DNA of 64,000 bases from positions 12,069 to 76,068 of IMG/VR virus record IMGVR_UViG_3300038425_000083, one strand, 5' to 3'. Source of the DNA: a virus. The stretch's first letter is position 1, and every line of letters starts with the position of its first letter. Positions 63,715 to 64,000 of the stretch are shown here, piece after piece. The notes beneath the pieces are model-generated. The model was not told the DNA's origin and searched no databases. It saw only the letters and a program-made list of their open reading frames with translations. The position numbers were made by a program, and so were the translations under genes.

Positions 63715-64000
63715 ATGATTCCTCTTTTTTCGTCATTGCTTTTAGAAACATTTTCACTTTGTAACCGTCGGTGCACAACCTGTATTCGGAATTCTGATCC
63801 GGATCGTAAAGCATGGGAACCGTGGTTTGTTCCAAACGAACTTCCGATGGAGACAATAGTCTCTATTCTGCAGCAAGCTTTTGATCTGGGTTTCAGAGGA
63901 GAGGTATCTTTGATAGCAAATAATGAACCGCTTCTTGATAAAAGACTTCCAGAAATTGTTCGACTTGTAAAAGAAATGGGATTAATTCCCGAAGTTTTTT
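63715..64000 (+). CDS. radical SAM protein, truncated by window end (not in ORF track)
   Basis: MIPLFSSLLLETFSLCNRRCTTC..NNEPLLD; open to the end of the window. Confidence 0.8.
   Translation, partial: MIPLFSSLLLETFSLCNRRCTTCIRNSDPDRKAWEPWFVPNELPMETIVSILQQAFDLGFRGEVSLIANNEPLLDKRLPEIVRLVKEMGLIPEVF

Noticed and set aside
247-63856. All minus-strand ORFs in the track (e.g. 20819-21325, 21881-22390, 16019-16471)
   Set aside because: They are antisense shadows of Lys/Glu-rich + strand genes (Phe/Ser/Leu-rich) with no recognisable motifs.
1-64000. Stop-codon recoding or a terminase gene
   Set aside because: TAA, TAG and TGA all end genes cleanly with dense packing; no terminase ATPase or nuclease motifs were seen in the window.

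Overview
The window is part of a large tailed-phage genome. It is AT-rich, uses the standard code, and has essentially all credible genes on the + strand. It holds a stretched-out head-morphogenesis region resembling SPO1/A511/K-type myoviruses: portal (25945), MuF (43015), prohead protease (52133), scaffold (54212) and major capsid protein (55005). A glycosyltransferase/radical-SAM/FkbM cluster follows. No terminase, tRNA, rRNA or CRISPR array was recognised. The main observation is a repeated protein grammar in about 20 ORFs. It consists of a hydrophobic or acidic leader (YVILE or ITTLDE type), then a (L/I/V/F/M)-x-K|(S/A/T) site, then one of four short basic tags, then a cargo domain. The commonest tag is SSEGAKKAWETRRxGGSH (17 copies). 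The same K|S/A site occurs at the predicted capsid maturation site (ELNK|A) and nine times in the scaffold. Several ORFs are chains of 2-7 such units. Cargo domains include topoisomerase IB, a CCA-adding/HD enzyme, an ADP-ribosyltransferase-like domain, a GHKL ATPase, GNATs, several zincins, a HAD phosphatase, a C39 peptidase and an ATP-grasp ligase. My inference is a capsid-addressed effector-polyprotein system processed by the prohead protease. Other points: the scaffold C-terminal domain is copied into two unrelated ORFs, an RRVIRT motif recurs, and there is a KamA/ATP-grasp/AdoMetDC/M14 cluster. All family calls come from motif recognition by eye; no database searches were run.
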